The notes: generated by a model from the letters alone, not told the origin. A stretch of DNA of 64,000 nucleotides from Rhynchopus sp. YZ270_cl-10 (GCA_964035575.1 OZ037838.1:1116001-1180000), one strand, 5' to 3'; shown: positions 47,258-59,519, numbered from the stretch's first letter. Program-made: numbers and translations.

Positions 47258-47423
47258 TATTCACCTCCTTTTAGCGGGGTTTTATTTTGCGATAACTTCA
47301 CGCATTTTTTTCCCAGGCGAGGGCTACTTAATTTGCCGAGCGAAGCGAGGCAAATTGAGTGCACGAGCCTGGGAAAAAAATAAGTGAAGTATCGCAAAAT
47401 AATCCGCTAAAAGGAGGTGAATA
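47258..47423. repeat. 166-bp imperfect palindrome with centre GCCGAGCGAAGCGAGGC
   Basis: Arms tattcacctccttttagcgg / ccgctaaaaggaggtgaata, pairing continues to the centre. Confidence 0.9.
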
Positions 47424-47442
47424 CGTAATTTTATTTCACGGG

Positions 47443-48518
47443 AAATAAAGTATACGAAAGGATTTGGCACTTTTAGCGGGACTCATTTATTGTGCAATAA
47501 CTAACGAGTATGTGTCCCTCCTGGTAGCTCTCATTACCCCTCCCGCTAGCTTTTGCTCGCTGGGAACCTGCAAAAAACTGGTGAACTGGGCCCATACCCT
47601 GGTATGTGGGGTGGGATACGCATTTTCGGGGTGGCAGAACCATGTGTGAGCCACAGGGTGGTGCACGTGTGACCCCATGCAGTACCACGCAACCCACGTT
47701 TTTACACACACAACAACGGCATTTTGCGTGTAGCGCGTACAGTATGTAGCCTAAAAAGCCCACACCACGTGTACGCATAGCGCGTAGCGCAGCGTGTGGT
47801 CGGGTTTGGAAAGCTGCCTCAACGGTACACAAAGCTACATCCCGACCTCTCGCCACCTCAGTGTCCCCTCGGGTGCTAGCGGGAGGTCGGGAAATGGCTG
47901 TCGTGCAAGAGCGAGACACATTCAGAAGATCCCCGCCCATCACAGAATATCATGCCAGCCACCACCTTCCTCACAATGAAGTAAAGGGGGTGGTGTGTCC
48001 TTCGTCTTGATAGTGAGATCGTCACGGAGATACACTATGTACGAAACGAAGTCGGCTTCTGTGGGTTTACCATCAGTCTTGCCAATGAATTCCTTAAAAA
48101 GCGGTCCCATTCACGGACGTACGGTGTCGACAATGCTAGTCCTTCAGCAAAACCACTGTAGTGCTTGTCCATCTCCTGTCGGAGGACCGTTTGCGTCTTA
48201 CATCCTTCGGCATGTTGCATGTGTCAGAAAAAAAATGGGAAAAGGGCAAAAAAAATTCGAAATTTTCAATTTTTAGGCGCGTGGTGGTGCAGGATGTACC
48301 AAAATTTAGCGTGAAGTTATCGCCAAATAAAACCCCTGTTTTAGCGTGAAAAAAACAAAAACAAAATCCCGCTCTGAAGGAATTGCAGTGAAAAAAAGTG
48401 AAAAACGCGTGAAATAAAGTTCAATGAGCGGGTTTTTAATTTGCGATAAAAAAACTGCGTGAAATTATCATTAAAAAGAATCCCGCTAAAAGTGCCAAAT
48501 CCTTCGTATACTTTATTT
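47443..48518. mobile_element. 1.07 kb segment bounded by ~38-bp inverted repeats
   Basis: aaataaagtatacgaa(a)ggatttggcacttttagcggga and its reverse complement; no clear TSD. Confidence 0.6.
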
Positions 48519-50039
48519 ACCAGTGGAATAAAAATCAGAAAAATCCTGATTTTTCCCGGATTTAAGGACATGCTTGTCCTTTGCTGTTCTCCACGGAGAA
48601 GTGTAGTGTGGGAATGTGTCGCCTGTGGCCTCTCTCTGCGCACCTGGGTTGCCACCCTTATTGTCGGTGCCCAGAAGACACAGTGGGGTGCATAATGTTC
48701 GCGAAATTTTCGGGCTTTCCACTCTCGAAGGATGTCGACTGAGACACGTAGACCCACCTTGCAATTGGTGCAGGACGGCGTCGACGCACGTTGCTCATCC
48801 TCAAGGCATCTTCACTAATATAACTAAGTTTTCAAAAAAAAGAAAAGAAAAAGGATAGCTCTTTAGGGTTCAGGACGACCGATGTCTAAACCTTTTGCAA
48901 AGGCTTCGGCCAACTTTCAGTTGAGAACTTTGTTCCTTTTTTTTTGGAGCGAAGTGATTGAATCGACAACAAAGCACACTAACACACGCGTTAGTCGTTA
49001 CAACTGCTGGACGTTGCTGAGTTGTCTTGCTGGTAACGCACCTTTTTTTGATGATCTTATTGTATACGTTAGGTACTGAAATGCGTGGATTCCAACGATT
49101 CTTGATTTTATTATTCCCCTTCCCAAAACTTTTAATGCCGCAACCTTTGTGTCCCACAGGGAAAAATATACAAATAAAACTACCTTTCTTGAATTGAGGA
49201 TGATTTTTTTTCGTCTTTATTTCCGAAAAGCCTTTGAGCTATTGAGATGCACCTCGATAGATTATCGAAAGCAACATACGACTTGCGTTTTTATTTTTAT
49301 TTTTTGCGAAACCCTCCCCGAAACCACAAGAGCACACTTTAGTCATTAGGTTCAACGTCCTGCCGACGACGATCCAATTAGTCCTCGGATGGACTTTAAA
49401 TTGCATACGGGGTCCTTTTGTGGCAGTTCCTCCTGAAACTCTATGAAGGTCCACCTGAGGGTAAAGGGTAAAGGTGCTGGGACGGCTTCCCGCTGTGTAG
49501 TGGGAAATGGTTAGGTGTCCCAAAAGGAGATAAACGGCACCACAATCACAGATATCTGGCTTTCTTCGTGGAGCAACCACAGTGGGGGCACAGTGTCGGC
49601 ACTGACAGGTTTTGAGGACAGCACAGCAACAACACTGATGAGGGCATTATATTATAATTTGCTTTGTTTGTGATCAAGGTGCCTGAGCACGAGAGGCTTA
49701 GGGTCATCTTATAAACTTTTTGTTTGCCTTGCAGGGTTTTTGTTTTGTTTTCTCTTTTGCCGCAGAGCATGACCTCTCCCACCCTATCACTGTACGGGGC
49801 AATATGTTAATTACGTTCCCTGTCGTAGGTGTGCATTACTCTGTATTTTTTCAGACACAAAAAAGCCCCAAAATTGTGCGCAGAACCAATCTCTCTGACA
49901 TAGTGAGTGTCGACACTGCAACAAACAAAACGACCCCCATCCCTCATCTCCTCTTTCCACGTGTCCACCCTCTCAGCTCCTTCAACTGTCCACCCAACAG
50001 AACATTCCATTGCATCACACCAACACAGCTCTTGAAACA

Positions 50040-51188
50040 ATGATGGATGTGACCTTTGTGCTGGAAGAGTCAGGCGTGACTGCGACAGTGGAGGTGCCGT
50101 GCGAGGCGGACGTTGCAGCGGCAAAGGAGGTTGCGTGCACGGCGCTTGCTGTCTCGCCTGCGTCTGTCGAGATGCGCATCGGCACGCAGGTGCTGGAGGG
50201 GACGTGCCGTCTGCAGGACACTGCGTTTGATGCAGGGGTGCAGGTTGTGCTTTCCCGCCGCTTTGCCGACATCAAGTGTCCTGCTGAGTACCCTGCAATA
50301 CAAAAGGGGGGTTTGTTACTGTCTTCTTGTGGAACACTGTGCGTCCATAGCTGTGAAGTGTATTCTAGAAAGCTTCGTGCCTTCAACACAGAATCCTTCA
50401 GAGCTGTCGATTTCAAGTCGGACGGGGCGGACACTGTGCACCAGCATGCCATCTCGCAGTGCAAGACACGCTGCTACCTCGCGTGTTATCATTACCTTCT
50501 CGAGGTTGCGTTTCCGGGTGGGGAGGTGCTCCGCAAAGTCGACGGCTCCTCAAGGTCGGTGTTCGCCTGTGGTGGTGTTGTTGTCTCGCAGGGCGAAGAC
50601 AGCGTCTCTGTGTACGACGAAGACCTGGCGTTGCTCCGCTTTCTCTCGCACGAAAGGTGTATGGGTGTGGCAGTGTCGGACTGTGGTGGGTGGGTGATCA
50701 CCTCCTCCGAAACAGAGAAGAAGGCACGTCTGTGGGATGTGAACACAGGTGTTGCTGTGGCATGTGTGCCTGCGGGTAGGGAGGGGTGGGAGTACGGAGT
50801 GGCGCTTTCACGGTCTGCCTCTGTCTTTGCTGTGGTGGAGGGAAGCACCGTGCACCTCTATGATTGGAGTGGTGCGGCTCTTCGCAGTGTTGATATAGAT
50901 CACGTTGTCCAGCGCATACAGTTCACACCATGTGGGAAGTACTTTGTGGTGGGGATGACGACTGGCAATAATTATCCCGACGACCCCACTACCGAACCCG
51001 TCCCAGGAGTTGAAATATGGTACTGCGAACTACGCCAGTATGACGTGGTGACGATGTCGTGTGTGCGTGTGTTCACGGACGTGTCCTCTTTGTCGTTTGC
51101 GATATCGCCGTGTTCACGTGTGGTTGTGTTGGTACCGTACTCGGGGAACCAAATTGCGACGAGACATCTGTACCCCCACAACGAGTGA
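50040..51188 (+). CDS. Ubl + beta-propeller protein, copy 11
   Basis: Intact paralogous ORF. Confidence 0.85.
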   Translation: MMDVTFVLEESGVTATVEVPCEADVAAAKEVACTALAVSPASVEMRIGTQVLEGTCRLQDTAFDAGVQVVLSRRFADIKCPAEYPAIQKGGLLLSSCGTLCVHSCEVYSRKLRAFNTESFRAVDFKSDGADTVHQHAISQCKTRCYLACYHYLLEVAFPGGEVLRKVDGSSRSVFACGGVVVSQGEDSVSVYDEDLALLRFLSHERCMGVAVSDCGGWVITSSETEKKARLWDVNTGVAVACVPAGREGWEYGVALSRSASVFAVVEGSTVHLYDWSGAALRSVDIDHVVQRIQFTPCGKYFVVGMTTGNNYPDDPTTEPVPGVEIWYCELRQYDVVTMSCVRVFTDVSSLSFAISPCSRVVVLVPYSGNQIATRHLYPHNE

Positions 51189-51949
51189 TGTTCATGCTTT
51201 GGCACCATGTGAAATGGGTGTGGTGACTTGCGCCCTTGTATTCCGTGGAGGCGGAAGAACTGGTGTCGCCAACAGAAGCCTGAGTCTTGCCACCACACAC
51301 CTATCCAATGATGGCAGATCTGCATCCACGAGCAAGACACCGCAGACCACCTTGTCGCAGCCGAACACCACATCGCCTCCCGCCAGGCCGCCCTCGTCGC
51401 CCTCCACACAGAGATGTGCGCCATGGTGAGACCTATTCATGTCCTCACTGCCGTTCATTTTTGTCCTGTCGACAGAAATCCATTTCCCCAACCCAAAAAC
51501 AACAACCCCCAGCCCTCGTCTTTTCTGAAAATTGGTGGGTTTTGTGGTGTTACGTTTTAGTACCACGAAACTCCACTAAACTCCGCCAAATTTGAGGCAA
51601 CATCAGGTGGTTTTTTCACTTCTATTCTCACTTTTTTTCATTTGTTCACAGTGTGAAAAAGTGCGCGCTGGATCACCTCACTGTTTTTACATTTGTTATG
51701 TCTCGTTTGGTCAGTTCATATTTTTAGCGAGCTAATCGTTTCCGTTGCTTCGTTCACCGCCCATTCCAGGGTGCAATTCTTTCAATTAACAAAATACTCA
51801 TATTAATGCGTCACAAACCGCAACAGCAGAAGAGAGATGGTTTGGTGTGAGGAGAATCAAAGGAACAAAGGACCTAAGAACCAACCAGGCGGTTGGACGA
51901 GCTTCGAGGACCGCACCATCTCACAAACTGTTCGTTTGCAGTGTTTTTG

Positions 51950-54900
51950 TTGCACTACAACAATGTCTGCTTTTTGTATCTAAACGTGCTCGTTGTTTTT
52001 GTGTAGGTTGTTCACTGTGCACGTACCCAAAGAAAACCAAATCTACAAATAAGCAAATCTCTTCAATGAGTGTGCACGTGAGCTTCATTTTGTTTTTGTG
52101 TTTTGAAAGACAGACTTTTATTGCAGCACGTTGCTGCTACCCATCCCTTCCATCTCAGACTCTTGGGTGAAGACTAACAATAAGACAGGGTGTTTTTTGG
52201 ATTGTCTGTTTTGTTTGGGAATGGGAACTAAAAACCAACCAGGCGGTTGGACGAGTGACGAAAAGGTGGGCCGCCGGATGACGAGCGGTTGCGTACCGCC
52301 CTCGTTCTGTGGCGTAGGTCTACTTATGTTTCCTTTTACATCTTTTGTTGTTGGTCACAGCGTACTTATCTTTCATCCAGCTGGCATCGTACGTGGGTCA
52401 GCGGGAGGTGCTGCATCAATAAATTCACTTTGTTTGCCTTGCAGGATTTTTGTTTTATTTTCTCTTCTGCCGCAGAGCATGACCTCTCCCACCCTATCAC
52501 TGTGCGGGGCAATATGTGAATTACGTCCCTGTCGTAGGTGCACATTTCTCTGTATTTTCAGACACAACAAATCCCCAAAATTGTGCGCAGAACGTCCCCT
52601 CTTTTCACGTGTCCACCTTTTCTTTGCGACTCTGACGAACAACGCTATTCGCTCATGGTCATTCATTCGTGCTGTCGTGTGTTGTGTTATTTATTATTGA
52701 AAACTTGGTTGTATCAGTGTAGCCACCCTAGAGTGTGCTCCACTATTATTGCTTGTCTTTTGTATTGGATAGTGAAGATAAGTTCGGACAGGCTTACCTG
52801 GCACACAGGGCTACTCCCGTGAAGGAGGAGACAAGACAGTCGTCTGACCCTGATGTGTTGCTGTGTACTTTAACTCTAACCTTTTCACAGCTGAAGGAGG
52901 CCAGTTTGTTCACAACGCTTTCACTATTGTTTCTTCATTGGTGCGTTCGCGAGGCACATTTATCTTGCAAGTTTGCTTTCGTTCTTGTGCTGACCAAACC
53001 ATGAAAATGTGATGTCATTTTCACTTTTGCCTCTTTTCATAAAGGAAGTGATTGCTTTTGCTAACAACATAACGACCCCCAGGCCTCGTCGCCTTAATGG
53101 ATTTTATTTGGACCCACGTAACAAAATACGGTCAGAAATACGACCCCTTTCAGGGGTTTTTTAGCAAGGGAAAGAAAACGGGAAACAACGAGTTTTTGAA
53201 GATTTGGAGTTCGCAATGTGAAAGGGTGGACCTAGGCGGGTGTGCTTTTTGTATCCAAACGTGCTCGTGTTTTTGTGTAGGTTGTTCACTGTGCACGTAC
53301 CCAAAAGAAAATCAAATCTACAAATAAGCAAATCTCTTCAATGAGTGTGCACGTGAGCTTCATTTTGTTTTTGTGTTTTGAAAGACAGACTTTTATTGCA
53401 GCACGTTGCTGCTACCCATCCCTTCCATCTCAGACTCTTGGGTGAAGACTAACAATAAGACAGGGTGTTTTTTGGATTGTCTGTTTTGTTTGGGAATGGG
53501 GACCAAAAACCAACCAGGCGGTTGGATGAGTTCAACTGACAGTCAATTTTTCCACCAATCTCTCTGACATAGTGAGTGTCGACACTGCAACAAACAAAAC
53601 GACCCCCATCCCTCGTCCCCTCTTTCCACGTGTCCACCCTCTCAGCTCCTTCAACTGTCCACCCAACAGAACATTCAATTGCATCACACCAACACAGCTC
53701 TTGAAACAATGATGGATGTGACCTTTGTGCTGGAAGAGTCAGGCGTGACTGCGACAGTGGAGGTGCCGTGCGAGGCGGACGTTGCAGCGGCAAAGGAGGT
53801 TGCGTGCACGGCGCTTGCTGTCTCGCCTGCGTCTGTCGAGATGCGCATCGGCACGCAGGTGCTGGAGGGGACGTGCCGTCTGCAGGACACTGCGTTTGAT
53901 GCAGGGGTGCAGGTTGTGCTTTCCCGCCGCTTTGCCGACATCAAGTGTCCTGCTGAGTACCCTGCAATACAAAAGGGGGGTTTGTTACTGTCTTCTTGTG
54001 GAACACTGTGCGTCCATAGCTGTGAAGTGTATTCTAGAAAGCTTCGTGCCTTCGACACAGAATCCTTCAGAGCTGTCGATTTCAAGTCGGACGGGGCGGA
54101 CACTGTGCACCAGCATGCCATCTCGCAGTGCAAGACACGCTGCTACCTCGCGTGTTATCATTACCTTCTCGAGGTTGCGTTTCCGGGTGGGGAGGTGCTC
54201 CGCAAAGTCGACGGCTCCTCAAGGTCGGTGTTCGCCTGTGGTGGTGTTGTTGTCTCGCAGGGCGAAGACAGCGTCTCTGTGTATGACGAAGACCTGACGT
54301 TGCTCCGCTCTCTCTCTCACAAGTGGTTAAGAGCTGTGGCAGTGTCGGACTGTGGTGGGTGGGTGATCACCTCCTCCGCCGAAGAGAAGAAGGCCCGTCT
54401 GTGGGACGTGAACACCGGTGATGCTGTGGCATGTGTGCCTGCAGAGGGGCTATGCCAAGTGGCGCTTTCACGGTCTGCCTCTGTCTTTGCTGTGGTGGAG
54501 GGAAGCACCGTGCACCTCTATGATTGGAGTGGTGCGGCTCTTCGCAGTGTTGATATAGATCACGTTGTCCAGCGCATACAGTTCACACCATGTGGGAAGT
54601 ACTTTGTGGTGGGGATGACGACTGGCAATTATGACCCCGACGACTTCGGACTGGAAGAATGGCATGTAGAGCTACGCCAGTATGACGTGGTGACGATGTC
54701 GTGTGTGCGTGTGTTCACGGACGTGTCCTCTTTGTCGTTTGCGATATCGCCGTGTTCACGTGTGGTTGTGTTGGTACCGTACTCGGGGTACCGAATTGTG
54801 ACGAGACATCTGTACCCACACAACAATGAGTGATGTTTTGCTTGGAAGACCACCCCCTTTGCTTTGCGACTATGACGAACGACGCTATTCGCTCATGGTC

Positions 54901-55420
54901 ACTCATTCGTGCTGTCGTGTGTGTGCTAATTTTGTTTGTATTTTGTATTGGATAGTGAAGGTAAGGTCGGACAGGTTTACCTCGCACACAGGGCTACTCC
55001 CGTGAAGGAGGAGACAAGACAGTCATGTATTTTATTTGGACCCACGTAACAAATGCGGTCAGAAATACGACCGCTTTCGGGGGTTTTTTGGCAAGGGAAA
55101 GAAAACGGGAAACAACGGGTTTTTGAGGGTTTGGAGTTCGCAATGTGAAAGGGTGGACCTAGGCGGGTGTGCTTTTTGTATCTTAACGTGCTCGTGTTTT
55201 TGTGTAGGTTCTCTTCACTGTGCACGTACCCAAAGAAAACCAAATCTACAAATAAGCAAATCTCTTCAATGAGTGTGCACGTGAACTTCATTTTGTTTTT
55301 GTGTTTTGAAAGACAGACTTTTATTGCAGCACGTTGCTGCTACCCATCCCTTCCATCTCAGACTCTTGGGTGAAGACTAACAATAAGACAGGGTGTTTTT
55401 TTTGGATTGTCTGTTTTGTT
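51950..55420 (+). repeat. Segmentally duplicated intergenic modules between copies 11, 12 and 13
   Basis: ~51965-52250, ~53240-53525 and ~55168-55420 are near-identical; ~52620-52842 matches ~54860-55024. Confidence 0.85.
53709..54833 (+). CDS. Ubl + beta-propeller protein, copy 12
   Basis: Intact; 5' half nearly identical to copy 11. Confidence 0.85.
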   Translation: MMDVTFVLEESGVTATVEVPCEADVAAAKEVACTALAVSPASVEMRIGTQVLEGTCRLQDTAFDAGVQVVLSRRFADIKCPAEYPAIQKGGLLLSSCGTLCVHSCEVYSRKLRAFDTESFRAVDFKSDGADTVHQHAISQCKTRCYLACYHYLLEVAFPGGEVLRKVDGSSRSVFACGGVVVSQGEDSVSVYDEDLTLLRSLSHKWLRAVAVSDCGGWVITSSAEEKKARLWDVNTGDAVACVPAEGLCQVALSRSASVFAVVEGSTVHLYDWSGAALRSVDIDHVVQRIQFTPCGKYFVVGMTTGNYDPDDFGLEEWHVELRQYDVVTMSCVRVFTDVSSLSFAISPCSRVVVLVPYSGYRIVTRHLYPHNNE

Positions 55421-55814
55421 TAAGGAGATTTTGTTTTTTAATGATGATGAACGTGATAAGGGTGATGAGAGTGGTCCCATATATCCTTCTCCTTTCCCCA
55501 ACTCTGACTCTCTCAAAAAAATCCAAATCAAGTAAACCACAGATACAACATTATTCGACCTTTTTAAACTCCATTTTTTTTTCACTCTTCATTCTTGAAA
55601 AAAAATTGGGATGGGAACTAAAATCCAACAGGCGTTTGGATGAGTTCAACTGATAGTCTATTTTGCCACCAATCTCTCTGACATAGTGAGTGCAACAAAC
55701 AAAACGACCCCCCATCCCTCATCTCCTCTTTCCACGTGTCCACCCTCTCAGCTCCTTCAACTGTCCACCAAACAGAACATTCAATTGCATTACACCAACA
55801 CAGCTCTTGAAACA

Positions 55815-56957
55815 ATGATGGATGTGACCTTTGTGCTGGAAGAGTCAGGCGTGACTGCGACAGTGGAGGTGCCGTGCGAGGCGAAGGTTGCAGCGGCAAA
55901 GGAGGTTGCGTGCACGGCGCTTGCTGTCTCGCCTGCGTCTGTCGAGATGCGCATCGGCACGCAGGTGCTGGAGGGGACGTTCCGTCTGCAGGACACTGCG
56001 TTTGCTGCAGGGGTGCAGGTTGTGCTTGCCCGTCCTCGCTTTGCCGACATCAAGTGTCCTGCTGAGAAGGAGGTAGCTGGGAACGTACTCAATCTCTCAT
56101 TGTCTCCTTGTGGAACGCTCTGCCTCGTTGTCGTGTCTGTCGATAGACGTATTGCCTGTGTAGGCTTCGACACAGAAACCTTCAACACTGCCTTCACGTT
56201 TGACATAGGACGTAATTGCCTCGGAGCACCTGCCAGCCCTACTGCCATCTCACGGTGCAGGACACGCTGCTACCTGCCGTGCAGCAAGCGAGGTCTTTTC
56301 GAAGTTGCGCTTCCAGATGGGGAGGTGGTCCGCAAAGTCGACGGCGACTCGTACGCAGTGTTCGCGTGTGGCAGGGTTGTTGTCTCGACGCGCGAAGACG
56401 GCGTCTCTGTGTATGACGAAAACCTGACGTTGCTCCGCTCTCTCACACACAAGGGGTGCACCCAGTGGGGCCGTGTGGCAGTATCAGACTGTGGTGGGTG
56501 GGTGATGACCTCCTCCGCCTTGGAGATGAATGCACGTCTGTGGGATGTGAACACAGGTGAAGCTGTGGCATGTGTGCCTATGTCAAGGTACGCTGTAGCG
56601 CTGTCAAAGTCTGCCTCTGTCTTTGCTGTGGGGCTCTATGTGGATGGGGCAGACCGAATGCAGCTCTACGACTGGTGTGGTGCGGCTCTTCAGAACGCCA
56701 CTATCTCTGGAAGTGTCGTTCGCGTGCAGTTCACCCCGTGTGGGAAGTACCTCGTGGTCCACGTACAAAAGCGTACTGACAATGGAGCAGCATGTGAGCT
56801 GCACCAGTATGATGTGGCGACCATGGCCCGTGTACTTGTGATCCCTGATATCACCGATCAGTCATTTGCGATATCACCGTGTTCGCGTGTGGTTGTGTTT
56901 GTAGCACGCGAACACAGCACTAGTGTTACAAGACATCTGTACCCCCACAACGAGTGA
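55815..56957 (+). CDS. Ubl + beta-propeller protein, copy 13
   Basis: Intact paralogous ORF. Confidence 0.85.
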   Translation: MMDVTFVLEESGVTATVEVPCEAKVAAAKEVACTALAVSPASVEMRIGTQVLEGTFRLQDTAFAAGVQVVLARPRFADIKCPAEKEVAGNVLNLSLSPCGTLCLVVVSVDRRIACVGFDTETFNTAFTFDIGRNCLGAPASPTAISRCRTRCYLPCSKRGLFEVALPDGEVVRKVDGDSYAVFACGRVVVSTREDGVSVYDENLTLLRSLTHKGCTQWGRVAVSDCGGWVMTSSALEMNARLWDVNTGEAVACVPMSRYAVALSKSASVFAVGLYVDGADRMQLYDWCGAALQNATISGSVVRVQFTPCGKYLVVHVQKRTDNGAACELHQYDVATMARVLVIPDITDQSFAISPCSRVVVFVAREHSTSVTRHLYPHNE

Positions 56958-57175
56958 TAGTGGTGGGGGTAAAGTCGGAATATGTTAACGACAAAGGTTG
57001 GACTATTGATAAAACATTCCTGCACCAGTATGATGTGGCGACCATGTCCTGTGTGCGTGTGATACCATGCAACAGTTCATGGTTTGCGATATCGCCTTGT
57101 TCACGCGTTGTTGTGGTTATGCAATCAGATGGCGTCATTGCGACTAGACAACTGCACCCACACAACAGTGAGTGA
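56958..57175 (+). pseudogene. Orphan 3' fragment (last blades) of the Ubl-propeller family
   Basis: Encodes LHQYDVATMSCVRVIP...FAISPCSRVVV...HPHNSE, abutting the stop of copy 13. Confidence 0.85.
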
Positions 57176-57531
57176 TGCGTGACAAGGGGAGGGGAGGGCA
57201 CGTTTTGATGAATATAACCCAGAGTACCAACAAAAAACTCAAGGCCCTCAAGCACCCTCAAGAAACTCCCCTTTCAGCCCTGTTTCTGCTTTTCTCTTGT
57301 TTGCCTGCCACAGGTCGCCCAGTCGCCCACCTCACACGCTGCCCATGCGACACTCTCGTGTGGGTGACAGATCGCGATGCTGATTATCATTTTCCTTTCG
57401 TCACCTCTCACAACGAGAACCACCACAAACATGCAACACATAACAACACCTCTCCCCCACCTCATCACTCCCTCCGTTTGTGGTGGAGCAAACGTGCTGA
57501 TTTGCACCTTCTCACGAAGCAACGCAAAACA

Positions 57532-57566
57532 ATGGATGTGACCTTTGTGCTGGAAGAGTCAGGCGT
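57532..57566 (+). pseudogene. Orphan 5' fragment ([12 protein letters not shown]) of the family, joined to a piece of the coiled-coil gene
   Basis: Exact family start sequence, then a switch to sequence matching ~60007-60175. Confidence 0.8.
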
Positions 57567-57993
57567 CGAGTGACACGTCGAAGCTGCAAAGCTTGGCACA
57601 GAAGAAGCCCTCCGTCTGCACACGACGCACCTCGAGGCTGCAGCCACGGCAACAGCAAGGGTGCAGGCCGCAGAAGGAACGGAGCCAGAAATGATCCCTC
57701 TCCATGCGCTGTCCCCGCATTACAGATGATGATCTTGTATGGTGGCAGAGCCACACTTCATCGACAGGTCGAGGTGTGTGCGTTTCACTGCTTGTGTTTT
57801 GATTGCTTTATTCTTAGTAGGGTGCAGACAAAGGAAGAGTAGGAGGGCGGTTTCAATTTTAGTCTTATCTAGCCGCCCAAACAACGACCCCCATCCCTCG
57901 TCCCCTCTTTCCACGTGTCCACCCTCTCAGCTCCTTCAACTGTCCACCAAACAGAACATTCAATTGCATCACACCAACACAGCTCTTGAAACA

Positions 57994-59118
57994 ATGATGG
58001 ATGTGACCTTTGTGCTGGAAGAGTCAGGCGTGACTGCGACAGTGGAGGTGCCGTGCGAGGCGGACGTTGCAGCGGCAAAGGAGGTTGCGTGCACGGCGCT
58101 TGCTGTCTCGCCTGCGTCTGTCGAGATGCGCATCGGCACACAGGTGCTGGAGGGGACGTTCCGTCTGCAGGATACTGCGTTTGATGCAGGGGTGCAGGTT
58201 GTGCTTGCCCGCCGCTTTGCCGACATCAAGTGTCCTGCTGAGTACAGTGAACAAGGGGGACTGCAAGACTTGGCGCTGTCACGTTGTGGCACGCTCTGCC
58301 TTTATAGTAAAAGTAAATATGTTGGTGGCTTCGGCACAGAAACCTTCAACACTGCATTCTCTGTTGCTGTCGAGAGAAACTGTTTCATGTACGGTCCGCC
58401 TGCCATCTCACGGTGCAAGACACGCTGCTACCTCCCGTGTGTGGATCGCATTCTCGAGCTTGCGATTCCGGGTGGGGAGGTGCTCCGCGAAGTCGATGGC
58501 CTCTCGAAGTTAGTTCTCACGTGTGGCAATGTTGTTGTCTCCCAAGGCAAAGACGGCGTCTCTGTGTATGACGAAGACCTGACGTTGCTCCGCTCTCTCT
58601 CGCACCAGGATTGTAGGGACATGGCAGTGTCGGACTGTGGTGGGTGGGTGCTCACCTCCTCCGCCTTGGAGAAGAAGGCCCGTCTGTGGGATGTGAACAC
58701 AGGTGAAGCTGTGGCATGTGTGCCTCTGGAGGCGTGGACCAGGCTCGCTCTTTCACGGTCTGCCTCTGTCTTTGCTGTGGGGGGTCATATGGCCGAGACA
58801 CAGGGAATGCAGCTCTACGACTGGAGTGGTGCGGCTCTTCAGAACGCCACTATCTCTGGAAGTGCGCTTGGCGTGCAGTTCACCCCGTGTGGGAAGTACC
58901 TTGTGGTCCATGTACAAAAATTTGCTTACGCTGGAGAACTACATGAAGAGCTGCACCAGTATGACGTGGCGACCATGTCTTGTGTACTTGCGATCCCAGA
59001 CGTCAGCGGTCGCTCATTTGCGATATCACCATGTTCACGTGTGGTTGTGTTTCTATCGTATGTGTCTTTCGATTGCACCAACGTTGTGACAAAACATCTG
59101 TACCCCCACAACGAGTGA
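57994..59118 (+). CDS. Ubl + beta-propeller protein, copy 14
   Basis: Intact paralogous ORF. Confidence 0.85.
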   Translation: MMDVTFVLEESGVTATVEVPCEADVAAAKEVACTALAVSPASVEMRIGTQVLEGTFRLQDTAFDAGVQVVLARRFADIKCPAEYSEQGGLQDLALSRCGTLCLYSKSKYVGGFGTETFNTAFSVAVERNCFMYGPPAISRCKTRCYLPCVDRILELAIPGGEVLREVDGLSKLVLTCGNVVVSQGKDGVSVYDEDLTLLRSLSHQDCRDMAVSDCGGWVLTSSALEKKARLWDVNTGEAVACVPLEAWTRLALSRSASVFAVGGHMAETQGMQLYDWSGAALQNATISGSALGVQFTPCGKYLVVHVQKFAYAGELHEELHQYDVATMSCVLAIPDVSGRSFAISPCSRVVVFLSYVSFDCTNVVTKHLYPHNE

Positions 59119-59519
59119 TGTTTATGCTTTGGCACCATGTGAAATGGGTGTGGTGACTTGCCCCCTTGTATTCCGTGGAGGCGGAAGAACTGGTGTCGTC
59201 AACAGAAGCCTGCACTATTCTGCCTCAGTACAGTACCAACCTGCTTGTTGGGTGGGGTTTTTTTTATATAGACCGTTACCCAAACTTTTCTGCTCGCTGT
59301 GCTCACGGAGGTACACCCCAATGTGGACTGTTTCGTGAGGTCAAAAAAACAGGCGCGGGAAAATTCTTTTTTAGCCTCCCCCCCCATATTCGACCTTCAA
59401 CCCACGCTTTCCCAAAAACCCAATAGTTATTGTCAGGCCTGACCACGTTTCACTCCTCTTCTGCCCCACCCCACACCCCAACGACACCTCACATCTCAAC
59501 TAGACCCCACACACCTACC

